A model generated the notes under the pieces. It did no database searches, was not told where the DNA came from, and worked only from the letters and a program-made list of their open reading frames with translations. Source: an uncultured Spirochaetota bacterium (GTDB taxonomy: Bacteria; Spirochaetota; Spirochaetia; SZUA-6; Fen-1364). Taken from it: a DNA stretch of 64,000 nucleotides. Every line of letters starts with the position of its first letter. The stretch's first letter is position 1. The position numbers were made by a program, and so were the translations under genes. Where the stretch lies: the NCBI GenBank assembly GCA_963753085.1, contig CAVWBF010000020.1:365-64364 (forward strand). Reading direction: 5' to 3'. Below are positions 38,855-47,745 of the stretch, one piece after another.

Positions 38855-40757
38855 CGCTGTTTCGGGGGGAAGCGAGCTGCTGCGGCTGGAGCACGTGTCC
38901 CTGGAGTACGGCCAGGTCGAAGCGCTCAAGGACGTCAGCCTTACCCTCCATCCCTCCACTGTCCATGCCGTTGTCGGCGAACACGGGGCCGGAAAATCCT
39001 CCCTCGGCATGGTGATAAGCGGAAACGTGAGGCCGCGAACGGGTTCCCTGTGGTACGCCAACCGGCGGTTCGACGCGCTCAGCACCCGTTCCGCTCACCG
39101 CCTGGGCATCGAGATGGTGTACCAGCAGGTGCAGCTCAACGATTTCTTTTCCGTCGCGGAAAACATTTTCTTTCTGAACAGGCAACTTGCGCGGCACGGG
39201 CTTCTCAGCCAGAGGCAGATCGTCCGGGAGGCGCACGCTTTTCTCGAGGCGGGCGGATTCACCCTGGATCCGCTGGCCACCGTGAAGAACCTCAACCTCC
39301 CCGACCGGGTGCTCATCTCCATTCTCTCGGCCCTTCAAAAGCGCCCCCGGCTTCTCATCCTGGACGAAGCGCTGGAGAAGCTGTCCTCCACGGATTTCCC
39401 TCGAGTGCTCCGCGCGGTGAACCGGATGAAATCCGAGGGGATGGCCGTCCTCTTCATCACACATCGCATCGACGACGTCTATGACATCGCCGACCGCGTG
39501 AGCATTGTGAAAAACGGCGAGGTGCTCGTGACCGACGACGTCGGGCATATCGACAAGATGAACCTCCTGCGGCTGACGTACACGCAGGTGTATTCCCTGG
39601 AGGAGTCGGGAAACCGCAAGCGTGAGTTCAACCAGTTCCTCAAATACAATGAGGCTGTCCTTCTCAATCTTCCCGTCAACCTCATCGTGGTGGACGGAGA
39701 AGAGCGGGTGAAGATCGTCAACGAGCGGTGCAAGGAGTATTTCCACCTGGGAGACGCGGCAATTGCCAATCAGCCCCTGGAGCGGCTCCTGGGCCCGGCG
39801 AACGGGGAAACCCTGGCTCTTATTCGGGAAGCCTTCCGATCCGAGGAGGGCAACGCTTTCTACCACGTCCCGCTGGTCATCGCGGGCGACGACACGGTGA
39901 ACAACGTGCGAACCCTCCCGATCTACGATGAGGAGCATCTCATCGGGAACATCATCATCATCGAAGACGTAACCGAGTTCGACAAGCTGCAGAAGCAGGT
40001 CATCCTGTCGGAGAAGCTCGCCTCCGTTGGGCTCCTTGCGGCCGGGGTGGCGCACGAGATCAACAACCCCCTTGAAATCGTCTACAACTACCTCAAGTAC
40101 ATCAAGTTCTCCTTCGACGATGCCCGGCTTCATGAGACGGTGGACGAGCTGCACGAGGAGATCACGTACATCGCGGGGATCGTCCGCGATCTCCTCTCCC
40201 TCTCCGGGACGGCCCAGGTGGAACGGGAAGAGATCGACATCAACGATATGATCAAGAGCACCATGAGCCTCCTCCGCCACAGCGCGCGGGACAAGGGCAT
40301 CAGGATCGATTTCAGCTCTTCCGAGCAGATGCTCACGCTGAAGGTCAACCGCAATGAGATCAAGCAGGTGATCCTCAACCTCGTAAAGAACAGCTTCGAG
40401 GCGATGCCCGCCGGCGGTGAGATCCGCATCGAAACGCTCCTGGGGACGGACCAGCGCGGGATTCCCTGCGCGTCCATCGTTTTCACGGATACCGGCACGG
40501 GGATCCCGGAGGCGAACCTCGGCAATGTTTTTGTTCCTTTCTACTCGACCAGAAAGGGAACAGGTGACCATGTCGGTCTGGGATTGTCGATCTGTTACGG
40601 GATTGTCAGGCGCCACGACGGGAGCATGACCGTGAAGAACCTCGAGCGGGCGGGATGTCAGTTCACGATTCGGCTGCCTCTCACGGAGGCGCCGGCCCGG
40701 GAGGGGGCATCGAGGATGGAAAAAAGAGGCGAGGGGAGAGCCGTAGATCAAAGGTAA
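38838..40757 (+). CDS. Fusion of sugar-ABC ATPase domain, PAS and histidine kinase
   Basis: The N-terminus has GEHGAGKS, VYQQ, LLILDE and FITHRID. A PAS-like LPVNLIVVD...IVN follows, then H-box AHEINNPL, N-box NLVKNSFEAM, DTGTGI and GLGLSICYGIV. It is one continuous 639-aa frame. Confidence 0.88.
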   Translation: MVSIPDAVSGGSELLRLEHVSLEYGQVEALKDVSLTLHPSTVHAVVGEHGAGKSSLGMVISGNVRPRTGSLWYANRRFDALSTRSAHRLGIEMVYQQVQLNDFFSVAENIFFLNRQLARHGLLSQRQIVREAHAFLEAGGFTLDPLATVKNLNLPDRVLISILSALQKRPRLLILDEALEKLSSTDFPRVLRAVNRMKSEGMAVLFITHRIDDVYDIADRVSIVKNGEVLVTDDVGHIDKMNLLRLTYTQVYSLEESGNRKREFNQFLKYNEAVLLNLPVNLIVVDGEERVKIVNERCKEYFHLGDAAIANQPLERLLGPANGETLALIREAFRSEEGNAFYHVPLVIAGDDTVNNVRTLPIYDEEHLIGNIIIIEDVTEFDKLQKQVILSEKLASVGLLAAGVAHEINNPLEIVYNYLKYIKFSFDDARLHETVDELHEEITYIAGIVRDLLSLSGTAQVEREEIDINDMIKSTMSLLRHSARDKGIRIDFSSSEQMLTLKVNRNEIKQVILNLVKNSFEAMPAGGEIRIETLLGTDQRGIPCASIVFTDTGTGIPEANLGNVFVPFYSTRKGTGDHVGLGLSICYGIVRRHDGSMTVKNLERAGCQFTIRLPLTEAPAREGASRMEKRGEGRAVDQR

Positions 40758-40796
40758 GCGTTCCCGCTCCCCCCGCCCCTGGTTATTCTATCGATC

Positions 40797-41669
40797 CTAC
40801 CTGAACAGCTGCAGGACCGTCTGCGGCTTCGTGTTGGCCTGGGCCAGCATGGCGGTGGAGGACTGCACGAGGATGCGGTCCTTCACGAACTCCACCATCT
40901 GCGCCGCCATGTCGGTGTCCCTGATGAGGCTCTCCGCGGCCTGGAGGTTCTCCGCTCCTACCGCCAGCCCCTTCATGGCGTACTCCAGCCTGTTCTGGTA
41001 GGCCCCCAGGTCGGCGCGCTGCTTGTTGACGATCTTCAGCGCGTGGTCCAGCACCCCGATAGCCGCGTTGGCGTGATCCGGGGAGGACAGGGAGATGAAG
41101 GTGGCGTTGGCCGGCAGGCCGTTGGCCCCCTGGATTCCCAGCCCCTGGGCGGTCATGGTGCCGATGAACACGCGGGTGCGCTGGTCCATGTTGGCCCCGA
41201 TCTGCAGCCACATGCTGCCGGTGATGGCGTTCTCTCCCGTGGAGCGGGCAAAACGGCCGGTGAGCATGTTCATGCCGTTGAACTGGGCGTGGCTGGCGAT
41301 GCGGTTGACCTCGGCCACCAGGGCGGAGACCTCCACCTGGATCTGCATGCGGTCCTCGTCGGAGTAGATGCCGTTGGCCGCCTGCACGGAGAGCTCGCGC
41401 AGCCTCTGCATGATGTCCTGGCTCTCCTGGAGGTAGCCTTCTGCGGTCTGGATGAAGGAGATGCCGTTCTGGGCGTTGTTCTCCGCCTGGCGCAGGCCGC
41501 GGATCTGGCTGCGCATCTTCTCGGAGACCGCCAGCCCGGATGCGTCATCCCCCGCGCGGTTGATGCGCATGCCCGATGAGAGCTTCTCCATGTCCTTGTC
41601 CGCCTGGATGCCGTTGAAGAACAGCTGGCGGTCGGTGAAGAGAGCGCTCATGTTGTGATTGATGATCAT
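40797..41669 (-). CDS. flaB: Periplasmic flagellar filament core protein (flagellin)
   Basis: [40 protein letters not shown] and [12 protein letters not shown]; AAGGAGG RBS. Confidence 0.95.
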   Translation of the reverse strand: MIINHNMSALFTDRQLFFNGIQADKDMEKLSSGMRINRAGDDASGLAVSEKMRSQIRGLRQAENNAQNGISFIQTAEGYLQESQDIMQRLRELSVQAANGIYSDEDRMQIQVEVSALVAEVNRIASHAQFNGMNMLTGRFARSTGENAITGSMWLQIGANMDQRTRVFIGTMTAQGLGIQGANGLPANATFISLSSPDHANAAIGVLDHALKIVNKQRADLGAYQNRLEYAMKGLAVGAENLQAAESLIRDTDMAAQMVEFVKDRILVQSSTAMLAQANTKPQTVLQLFR

Positions 41670-41692
41670 CGAATCCTCCTTGAACGTATCAG

Positions 41693-41712
41693 CCCGGACG
41701 TCCCTGTCCGGG
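41693..41712 (-). promoter_or_regulatory. Hairpin with a GGA loop in the flaB leader (candidate CsrA site)
   Basis: Minus-strand CCCGGAC-AGGGAC-GTCCGGG lies just upstream of the SD, which contains a second GGA. Confidence 0.55.
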
Positions 41713-41991
41713 TATGCCTTCTCTTCAATGGTCGGAAGTTTCTGAAGATGTATGAGCCCGACCTGGCCCCGCCTCCCAGGGCCCGCGGAGATTGCTTTTT
41801 TTATTCCCTTTTCGCCGGGAATACTGTACTATTTCGCCGCGGAAAGACCTGACGGAACGCCGTGGATGCACGTGCGGCAGGTCTGGAAGGAGGTGGCTGC
41901 AAGGCATGATTCTTCAACATCTTTTATGATCCCTTACGATGCCTGTTCTCGGATTTCTCAAAAACTTCGATGAACGATCAAGGAGGACCAG

Positions 41992-43743
41992 ATGAAAGGT
42001 AAACTGATCAGGATCCTGGGCGTGACGATCTTTGTGTTTGCGGCGCTCATCCTCGTGGCGGGCGTGTCCGCGCAGACTCTGAAGGACGTCCCGCGCAACA
42101 GAACCCTGATTCTCGGCTGGAGCATTTCTTCTCCCATCGGGGTTACGAACCCCTGGGCTGTCCCCGGCTATACTCACCAGGAAGGCAACGCCTTCATGTG
42201 GGAGCCGCTGTACTATTTTGCCATCTTCGCAGACAAGGAAGTTCCCTGGCTTGCGCAGAGCATGAAGTACAACAAGGACTTCACACAGCTGACGATCAAA
42301 ATGAACCCCAGGGCCATGTGGAGCGACGGAGTCCCCGTGACATCCCGGGACGTGATCTTCACCTTCGAAGGCCAGATGAAAAACGACAAGCTCCCGTACC
42401 ATGCATATTTCAACGAGTTCGTAAAGAGCGTGCGGGCTCCCGACAAGTCCACAGCCATCGTGACATTCAAGCAGCCGTCTCCACGGTTCATGTTCGAGGC
42501 GCTGGAGCTGAAGTTCGATACCGGGATCCCTATCGTTCCGGCACACGTGCTGTCAAAGCAGGCTGACTGGAACGCTTTCCCCGGCGGTCTCAACATGCCG
42601 CACTCCGGACCGTACAACCTTGTGAGCTGGGACAAGAACCAGAAGATCTTCGACCTGCGGACTGACTGGTGGGCGGTGAAGGCCGGCCTGATCAAGACTC
42701 CCGAGGTCAAGAGGATCGTCATGGTCGGCCTTGGAGGCCAGATCGGCCAGAACATGGACCTCGTCGCCCAGCGGATCGTGAACAATGAGTTTGACTGCGC
42801 CCTCGACATGAGAAGCTCACTGATCAAGAGCATCGTGCAGCGCAACCCGAAAGTGACCACGTACACGGGAGATCAGCCGCCGTATGGATACCTGGACTGG
42901 TGGCCCAACTCGCTGTGGATGAACGACCAGCTTCCTCCGTACAACGATCCGAACATCCGGAAGGCCATGGCGCTGACGATAGACCGTGACACGATCAACA
43001 GCGTGATCTATGAGGGCGCGGAGATCGCCAACATCTATCCCTTCCCGCTGTATCCCGGGCTCGTGAAGTTCGCGAACAGCCCGGCGGTAAAGGCGATGGA
43101 AGACAAGTATCAGCCTCGCGCGTTCGACCTCGATGCGAGCGCAAAGCTTATGCAGGACGCCGGCTATACGCTGAACAATGACAAGCTGTGGGAGAAGGAC
43201 GGGCAGACGATATCAGCGGTTATCAACGGTTTCGAAGGGATCCACAGCGATATCGCCCCCGTGCTCGTGGAGATGCTCAGGAAAGGCGGATTCGACGCCT
43301 CCGTGAACTTCGGCAACGACGCGATCCAGAACATGTTGGACGGCAAGGCCGGCCTGTACATGTGGGGCCACGGCGCAAGCCTCCGGGACCCGTACGCGGC
43401 CCTGGAGCTTTTCCACGGCAAGTACAGCGCGACCATCGGGACCACGGCAGGGTCCAACAGGTGGTCCCGTTACAAGAATCCCGAATATGACGCGCTGCTG
43501 GACCAGATGGCTCCCCTCTCCTCGGACGATCCAAAGTTCCAGGAGCTCGCGGCGCAGGCTATGGGCATCTATTGGAGGGACACCATCGACATCCCCATCA
43601 TCCAGTGGCTGCACAGGATTCCCTACAACCAGACCTACTGGACCAACTGGCCGACAAAGGACAACCTTGCTGCCGGCACCAACGGGGCTTTCTGGGCACA
43701 GACGGGCATGCTCGTCGTGACGAACCTCAAGGCCGCTCAGTAA
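41992..43743 (+). CDS. Family 5 ABC substrate-binding protein (peptide/oligosaccharide)
   Basis: Signal peptide, PWLAQSMKYN, WSDGVPVTSRDVIFTF and IRKAMALTIDR. Confidence 0.9.
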   Translation: MKGKLIRILGVTIFVFAALILVAGVSAQTLKDVPRNRTLILGWSISSPIGVTNPWAVPGYTHQEGNAFMWEPLYYFAIFADKEVPWLAQSMKYNKDFTQLTIKMNPRAMWSDGVPVTSRDVIFTFEGQMKNDKLPYHAYFNEFVKSVRAPDKSTAIVTFKQPSPRFMFEALELKFDTGIPIVPAHVLSKQADWNAFPGGLNMPHSGPYNLVSWDKNQKIFDLRTDWWAVKAGLIKTPEVKRIVMVGLGGQIGQNMDLVAQRIVNNEFDCALDMRSSLIKSIVQRNPKVTTYTGDQPPYGYLDWWPNSLWMNDQLPPYNDPNIRKAMALTIDRDTINSVIYEGAEIANIYPFPLYPGLVKFANSPAVKAMEDKYQPRAFDLDASAKLMQDAGYTLNNDKLWEKDGQTISAVINGFEGIHSDIAPVLVEMLRKGGFDASVNFGNDAIQNMLDGKAGLYMWGHGASLRDPYAALELFHGKYSATIGTTAGSNRWSRYKNPEYDALLDQMAPLSSDDPKFQELAAQAMGIYWRDTIDIPIIQWLHRIPYNQTYWTNWPTKDNLAAGTNGAFWAQTGMLVVTNLKAAQ

Positions 43744-43761
43744 CTGGCTGACGTTTTCGTT

Positions 43762-43799
43762 CAGTTGCCGGCGCCTTCGCCGGCAACTGTCTTTCTTTT
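43762..43799 (+). terminator. Hairpin with U-rich tail after the binding-protein gene
   Basis: CAGTTGCCGGCG-cctt-CGCCGGCAACTG followed by TCTTTCTTTT. Confidence 0.7.
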
Positions 43800-43820
43800 G
43801 ACGCGGGAGGCAGGAGCACG

Positions 43821-44825
43821 GTGAGGATCACGACAATTGTCCGGCGCATCGGATTTCTCATCCTGGTGATCTGGGCCGCTTCGACAATTACATTTCTCAT
43901 TCCGCGCATTTCGCCGCGGAATCCCGTTCGGGAGCGGTTCATGGAGTTGGCGAGGATGGGAGGCTTTACCCCGACGGATCTGGACAAGATTGTCGCCTCG
44001 TACAGCGCAAAGTTCGGGCTGAACAAGCCCCTGTGGCAGCAGTACATCGACTACATCACGTCCGTCGCCCGGTTGGACCTGGGCGTTTCCATGAACAAGT
44101 TTCCCAAGACCGTCTGGCAGCTGCTCTTGGAGTCTCTTCCCTGGACCGTAGGGCTCCTGTTCGTCGCCACGGTTTTCTCCTTTGTCATCGGGAACCTCCT
44201 GGGCGCTCTGGCCGCGTGGCCGCGTTCTCCTCGATGGGTGAGGGGTCTTGCAACCCCCTTCGTCCTGCTCATGGGCGTGCCGCCTGTGCTCATGGCCGTC
44301 TTTCTCATGTTCTTTGTAGCGTTCAGCCTCAAGCTCCTTCCCATGGGAAACGCCTACTCCATCGGCGTAATCCCCAACTGGCATTCCATCGGCTTCATTC
44401 TCGATGTGCTGAAACACCAGATCCTTCCCGCCCTCTCCCTCATCCTCGGGACGGTCGGCAGCTGGGTGCTGTCCATGCGCGGCATGGGAGTGACGATCCA
44501 GGGTGAAGACTACGTGCTGTTCGCCGAGCACAAGGGTCTGGGCGGTGCCACGATTTTCCGTGACTACTACCTGCGCAATGCCCTCCTTCCCCAGGTCACG
44601 GGCCTTGCCCTTGCGGTCGGGACCATGGTGACATCCGGAATTGTCATCGAGCAGTTCTTCGGGCTGCCCGGCATCGGGTCGATGCTGTACGATGCGATCA
44701 AGGTGAACGACTTCCTCGTGATCTACGGCGTCGTGCTGTTCATTGTCATCGCCATTGCCGTTCTCATGGTGGTGGTGGAAATGCTCTATCCGCTCCTGGA
44801 TCCCCGGGTCCGCACACAGAAATGA
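43821..44825 (+). CDS. ABC permease (DppB/OppB-like)
   Basis: FGLNKPLWQQY, DLGVS, EAA-like EDYVLFAEHKGL and IEQFFGLPGIG. Confidence 0.9.
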   Translation: MRITTIVRRIGFLILVIWAASTITFLIPRISPRNPVRERFMELARMGGFTPTDLDKIVASYSAKFGLNKPLWQQYIDYITSVARLDLGVSMNKFPKTVWQLLLESLPWTVGLLFVATVFSFVIGNLLGALAAWPRSPRWVRGLATPFVLLMGVPPVLMAVFLMFFVAFSLKLLPMGNAYSIGVIPNWHSIGFILDVLKHQILPALSLILGTVGSWVLSMRGMGVTIQGEDYVLFAEHKGLGGATIFRDYYLRNALLPQVTGLALAVGTMVTSGIVIEQFFGLPGIGSMLYDAIKVNDFLVIYGVVLFIVIAIAVLMVVVEMLYPLLDPRVRTQK

Positions 44826-44832
44826 GGGGGAA

Positions 44833-45732
44833 ATGTCGACTGTCCTCACAACGGAAGACCTGATTCAGGCCCCCGGTGGCTTCGCGCTCACTCTCCGCTA
44901 CCTGCGGCGCAACAGGAGCCTTGCCATTGGACTGCTCGTCGTTCTGCTTCTCACCGCGTTCACGGTGATCGGCATGCTCACCATCGATGTGAGCCACGCG
45001 TATCCCCTGGCCGTCAAGCCTAAGCAGCCGCCAGGGGCAAAATATCTCCTGGGCACGGATTTTTTCGGTCGGGACCTGCTCTCGGAAATGGTCGTCGGCA
45101 TGTGGCAGACCGCCCTCATCGGCGTCCTTGCCGGTGCCCTGGGGACGCTGATCGGTGTGTTCCTGGGGTTTGTTTCCGCCTACTTCGGCGGGTTCGTGGA
45201 CGTGATCATAAAGGGCACCTGCCAGATCCTCACGCCCATCCCGGTGTTCCTGATCCAGGTGGTAATCGCCGGGTCGCTGGACAAGCGGGACGTCACGATC
45301 TACACGATGGCTTTTATCGTGCTTCTCCTCGGCTGGATGTGGCCCACTCTCGTCATCAGATCCCAGGTCCTTACGATGAAAGAAAGGCAATTCGTGTCCG
45401 TGGCAAAGCTCTCCGGGCGCAATGACCTGGGGATCATATTCGCGGAGATCATGCCAAACCTGCTTCCGTTTATCGCGGCGTCGTTCGTCTCACAGGTCTT
45501 CTCGGCGGTGTTCGCCTCGTTCTATCTCGCGGTGGTCGGACTGGGGCCCCTGCGCGAGCCGCTCCTGGGCAACATCATCTGGTCCGCGCAGGGGCAGGGG
45601 GCGTTCTTCAACGGCTGGTGGTGGTGGCCTATCTGGCCCGCCATTGCCATGGTCCTGATCCTTGGCTCTCTTGCCCTTATCAACATGGGACTGGACGAGC
45701 TTTCAAACCCCCGCATTCGAAAAACGGAGTGA
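44833..45732 (+). CDS. ABC permease (DppC/OppC-like)
   Basis: LLGTDFFGRD, ERQFVSVAKLSG and EIMPNLLP. Confidence 0.9.
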   Translation: MSTVLTTEDLIQAPGGFALTLRYLRRNRSLAIGLLVVLLLTAFTVIGMLTIDVSHAYPLAVKPKQPPGAKYLLGTDFFGRDLLSEMVVGMWQTALIGVLAGALGTLIGVFLGFVSAYFGGFVDVIIKGTCQILTPIPVFLIQVVIAGSLDKRDVTIYTMAFIVLLLGWMWPTLVIRSQVLTMKERQFVSVAKLSGRNDLGIIFAEIMPNLLPFIAASFVSQVFSAVFASFYLAVVGLGPLREPLLGNIIWSAQGQGAFFNGWWWWPIWPAIAMVLILGSLALINMGLDELSNPRIRKTE

Positions 45733-45735
45733 CCT

Positions 45736-46707
45736 GTGGCTGATCCTGTGCTGGAAGTCTCCAACCTTCGGGTCTCCTACTACACGGACTCAGGAAGGGC
45801 GATAGCCCTTGACGGGGCAAACCTGACGCTCAACGCCGGTGAAAAGCTGGGGCTTGTGGGGGAGTCGGGCTCTGGGAAAAGCACCATGGCCTTGGCGATG
45901 ATGCGCATGATCAAGCCTCCCGGGCGTATCGAGAGCGGGCGGGTTGTCGTAGCCGGGACGGATCTCACCGCCCTGGACGAACAGCAGATGCTCAAGGCGC
46001 GGCTCAGCAGGATCGCCTACATCCCCCAGGGAGCCATGAACTCCCTCAATCCCGTCACGCGGATCGGCGCCCAGATGGTGGACGCCATCAAGGCGCATGA
46101 GCCCCGGTCATCCCGGGCGGACATGGAGGAGCGTTCCCGCCAGACCCTGGAGTCGGTGGACCTCAAGCGGGAGGTCTTTGAAATGTACGCCCACGAGCTG
46201 AGCGGCGGCATGAAGCAGCGGGTCTGCATTGCCATCGACATACTCCTGAAGCCGCAGCTCATCATCGCGGACGAGCCCACGAGCGCCCTCGACGTGGTGA
46301 CCCAGAGGCAGGTCATGGAGACCATCAACCGCGTCCAGAAGCGAATCGGGGCCGCGGTCATCCTGATCGGGCATGACATGGGCCTCATGGCGCAGTTCGT
46401 GGACAAGGTTGCCGTCATGTACACCGGCAGGATCGTGGAGCTCAGCAGCGTCCGGGAAATGTTCACCAACCCGCTGCACCCGTATGCCCAGGCCCTCATA
46501 TCGAGCCTTCCCCGACTGGAGAACAAGGGCATGTTCCAGGGAATCCCCGGGCTTGCTCCGTCCCTCCTGCGGCTTCCCGGCGGCTGCGCTTTCCATCCGC
46601 GCTGCGAGCGGGTCATGGACGTCTGCAGGACGGTGAGGCCGGACCTGGAGCCCCAGGCCGACGGCCGCAGAGTGGCCTGTCATCTGTACGCGAGGGGGGC
46701 CCGCTGA
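45736..46707 (+). CDS. ABC ATP-binding protein (DppD/OppD-like)
   Basis: GESGSGKS, LSGGMKQR, IADEPT and a C-terminal GCAFHPRC...VACH. Confidence 0.92.
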   Translation: MADPVLEVSNLRVSYYTDSGRAIALDGANLTLNAGEKLGLVGESGSGKSTMALAMMRMIKPPGRIESGRVVVAGTDLTALDEQQMLKARLSRIAYIPQGAMNSLNPVTRIGAQMVDAIKAHEPRSSRADMEERSRQTLESVDLKREVFEMYAHELSGGMKQRVCIAIDILLKPQLIIADEPTSALDVVTQRQVMETINRVQKRIGAAVILIGHDMGLMAQFVDKVAVMYTGRIVELSSVREMFTNPLHPYAQALISSLPRLENKGMFQGIPGLAPSLLRLPGGCAFHPRCERVMDVCRTVRPDLEPQADGRRVACHLYARGAR

Positions 46708-47717
46708 TGTCCGTCCTGATGGAGCTCAGGAACGTCACGAAGATCTACTCCCGCGGCCTCGTGGCGCGAAAAGGCACGACCGCACTGAGCGACATATCGC
46801 TTACCCTGCGGGCGGAGGAGCCCACTATCATGACGGTGGCCGGGGAGAGCGGGAGCGGCAAGACAACGCTCGCCATGCTCCTCCTCGGCTTCATTCCCGC
46901 CACGTCGGGCTCGATCTTCTACAAGGGACAGGATATCAGCGGGCTCCGGGGCGATGACAAGGTGACGTTCCGACGCGAGGTGCAGGCAGTCTTCCAGGAT
47001 CCCTTTGCCGTGTTCAACCCCTTCTATACGGTGGACCACCTGCTCTCCGTGCCCATCCGACGCTTCCACCTGGCAAAGACTCGAAGCCAGGCGCGTGACC
47101 GGATGGTGGAAGCTCTCACCGCGGTCGGGCTCCACCCTGACGAGGTCCTGGGCAGGTACCCTCACCAGCTCTCCGGCGGGCAACGGCAGCGGATCAACGT
47201 GGCGCGCGCGCTGGTCCTGAAGCCGCGGCTTCTCGTTGCGGATGAGCCTGTCTCCATGGTGGACGCCAGCCTGCGTGCCAGTATCCTGGAGACCCTCCGC
47301 GGCCTGCAGCGTGACCATGGCGTTTCCATCCTGTACATCACGCACGACCTGACAACGGCGTACCACATATCGAAGTCCATCATCGTTCTCTACCGGGGCT
47401 CCGTGATGGAAGCCGGAGACACGGACAGCGTTATCAAGACCCCCCAGCATCCATACACGCGCCTCCTGATTGACTCCATCCCGTGGCCGGATGTGAACCG
47501 GCGCTGGGGGGAGACGGAGATCAAGGCCCGCGAAGGTGAGGGCACTGACCACAGCCCCGGCTGCAAGTTCGCTTCACGCTGCCCGTTCGTCATGGACAAG
47601 TGCAGGGTCACGCCGCCCCTCTTCCGGCTTGCCGAGCACCATGCCGCTTCCTGCTACCTCATGGAGAAGAATCCCCGGGTGGAGTCCGCACGGCTGTCCG
47701 ACCTGCTGCCGATGTGA
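46707..47717 (+). CDS. ABC ATP-binding protein (DppF/OppF-like)
   Basis: GESGSGKT, LSGGQRQR, VADEPVS and GCKFASRCP. Confidence 0.92.
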   Translation: MSVLMELRNVTKIYSRGLVARKGTTALSDISLTLRAEEPTIMTVAGESGSGKTTLAMLLLGFIPATSGSIFYKGQDISGLRGDDKVTFRREVQAVFQDPFAVFNPFYTVDHLLSVPIRRFHLAKTRSQARDRMVEALTAVGLHPDEVLGRYPHQLSGGQRQRINVARALVLKPRLLVADEPVSMVDASLRASILETLRGLQRDHGVSILYITHDLTTAYHISKSIIVLYRGSVMEAGDTDSVIKTPQHPYTRLLIDSIPWPDVNRRWGETEIKAREGEGTDHSPGCKFASRCPFVMDKCRVTPPLFRLAEHHAASCYLMEKNPRVESARLSDLLPM

Positions 47718-47745
47718 CTATCTTTCCCCTCGAGAGGGGGACACG

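Noticed and set aside
38844-40751. 635-aa antisense ORF, and similar ones at 6883..8172, 49774..51102, 55187..57340, 60798..62813 and 62683..63957
   Set aside because: These are antisense shadows of well-supported genes. Long stop-free reverse frames are expected at this GC content and codon bias, and they show no motifs.
41720-41860. Sigma28 promoter for flaB
   Set aside because: The best candidate (TCAT-N15-TCCGACCA) matches the consensus too weakly to report.
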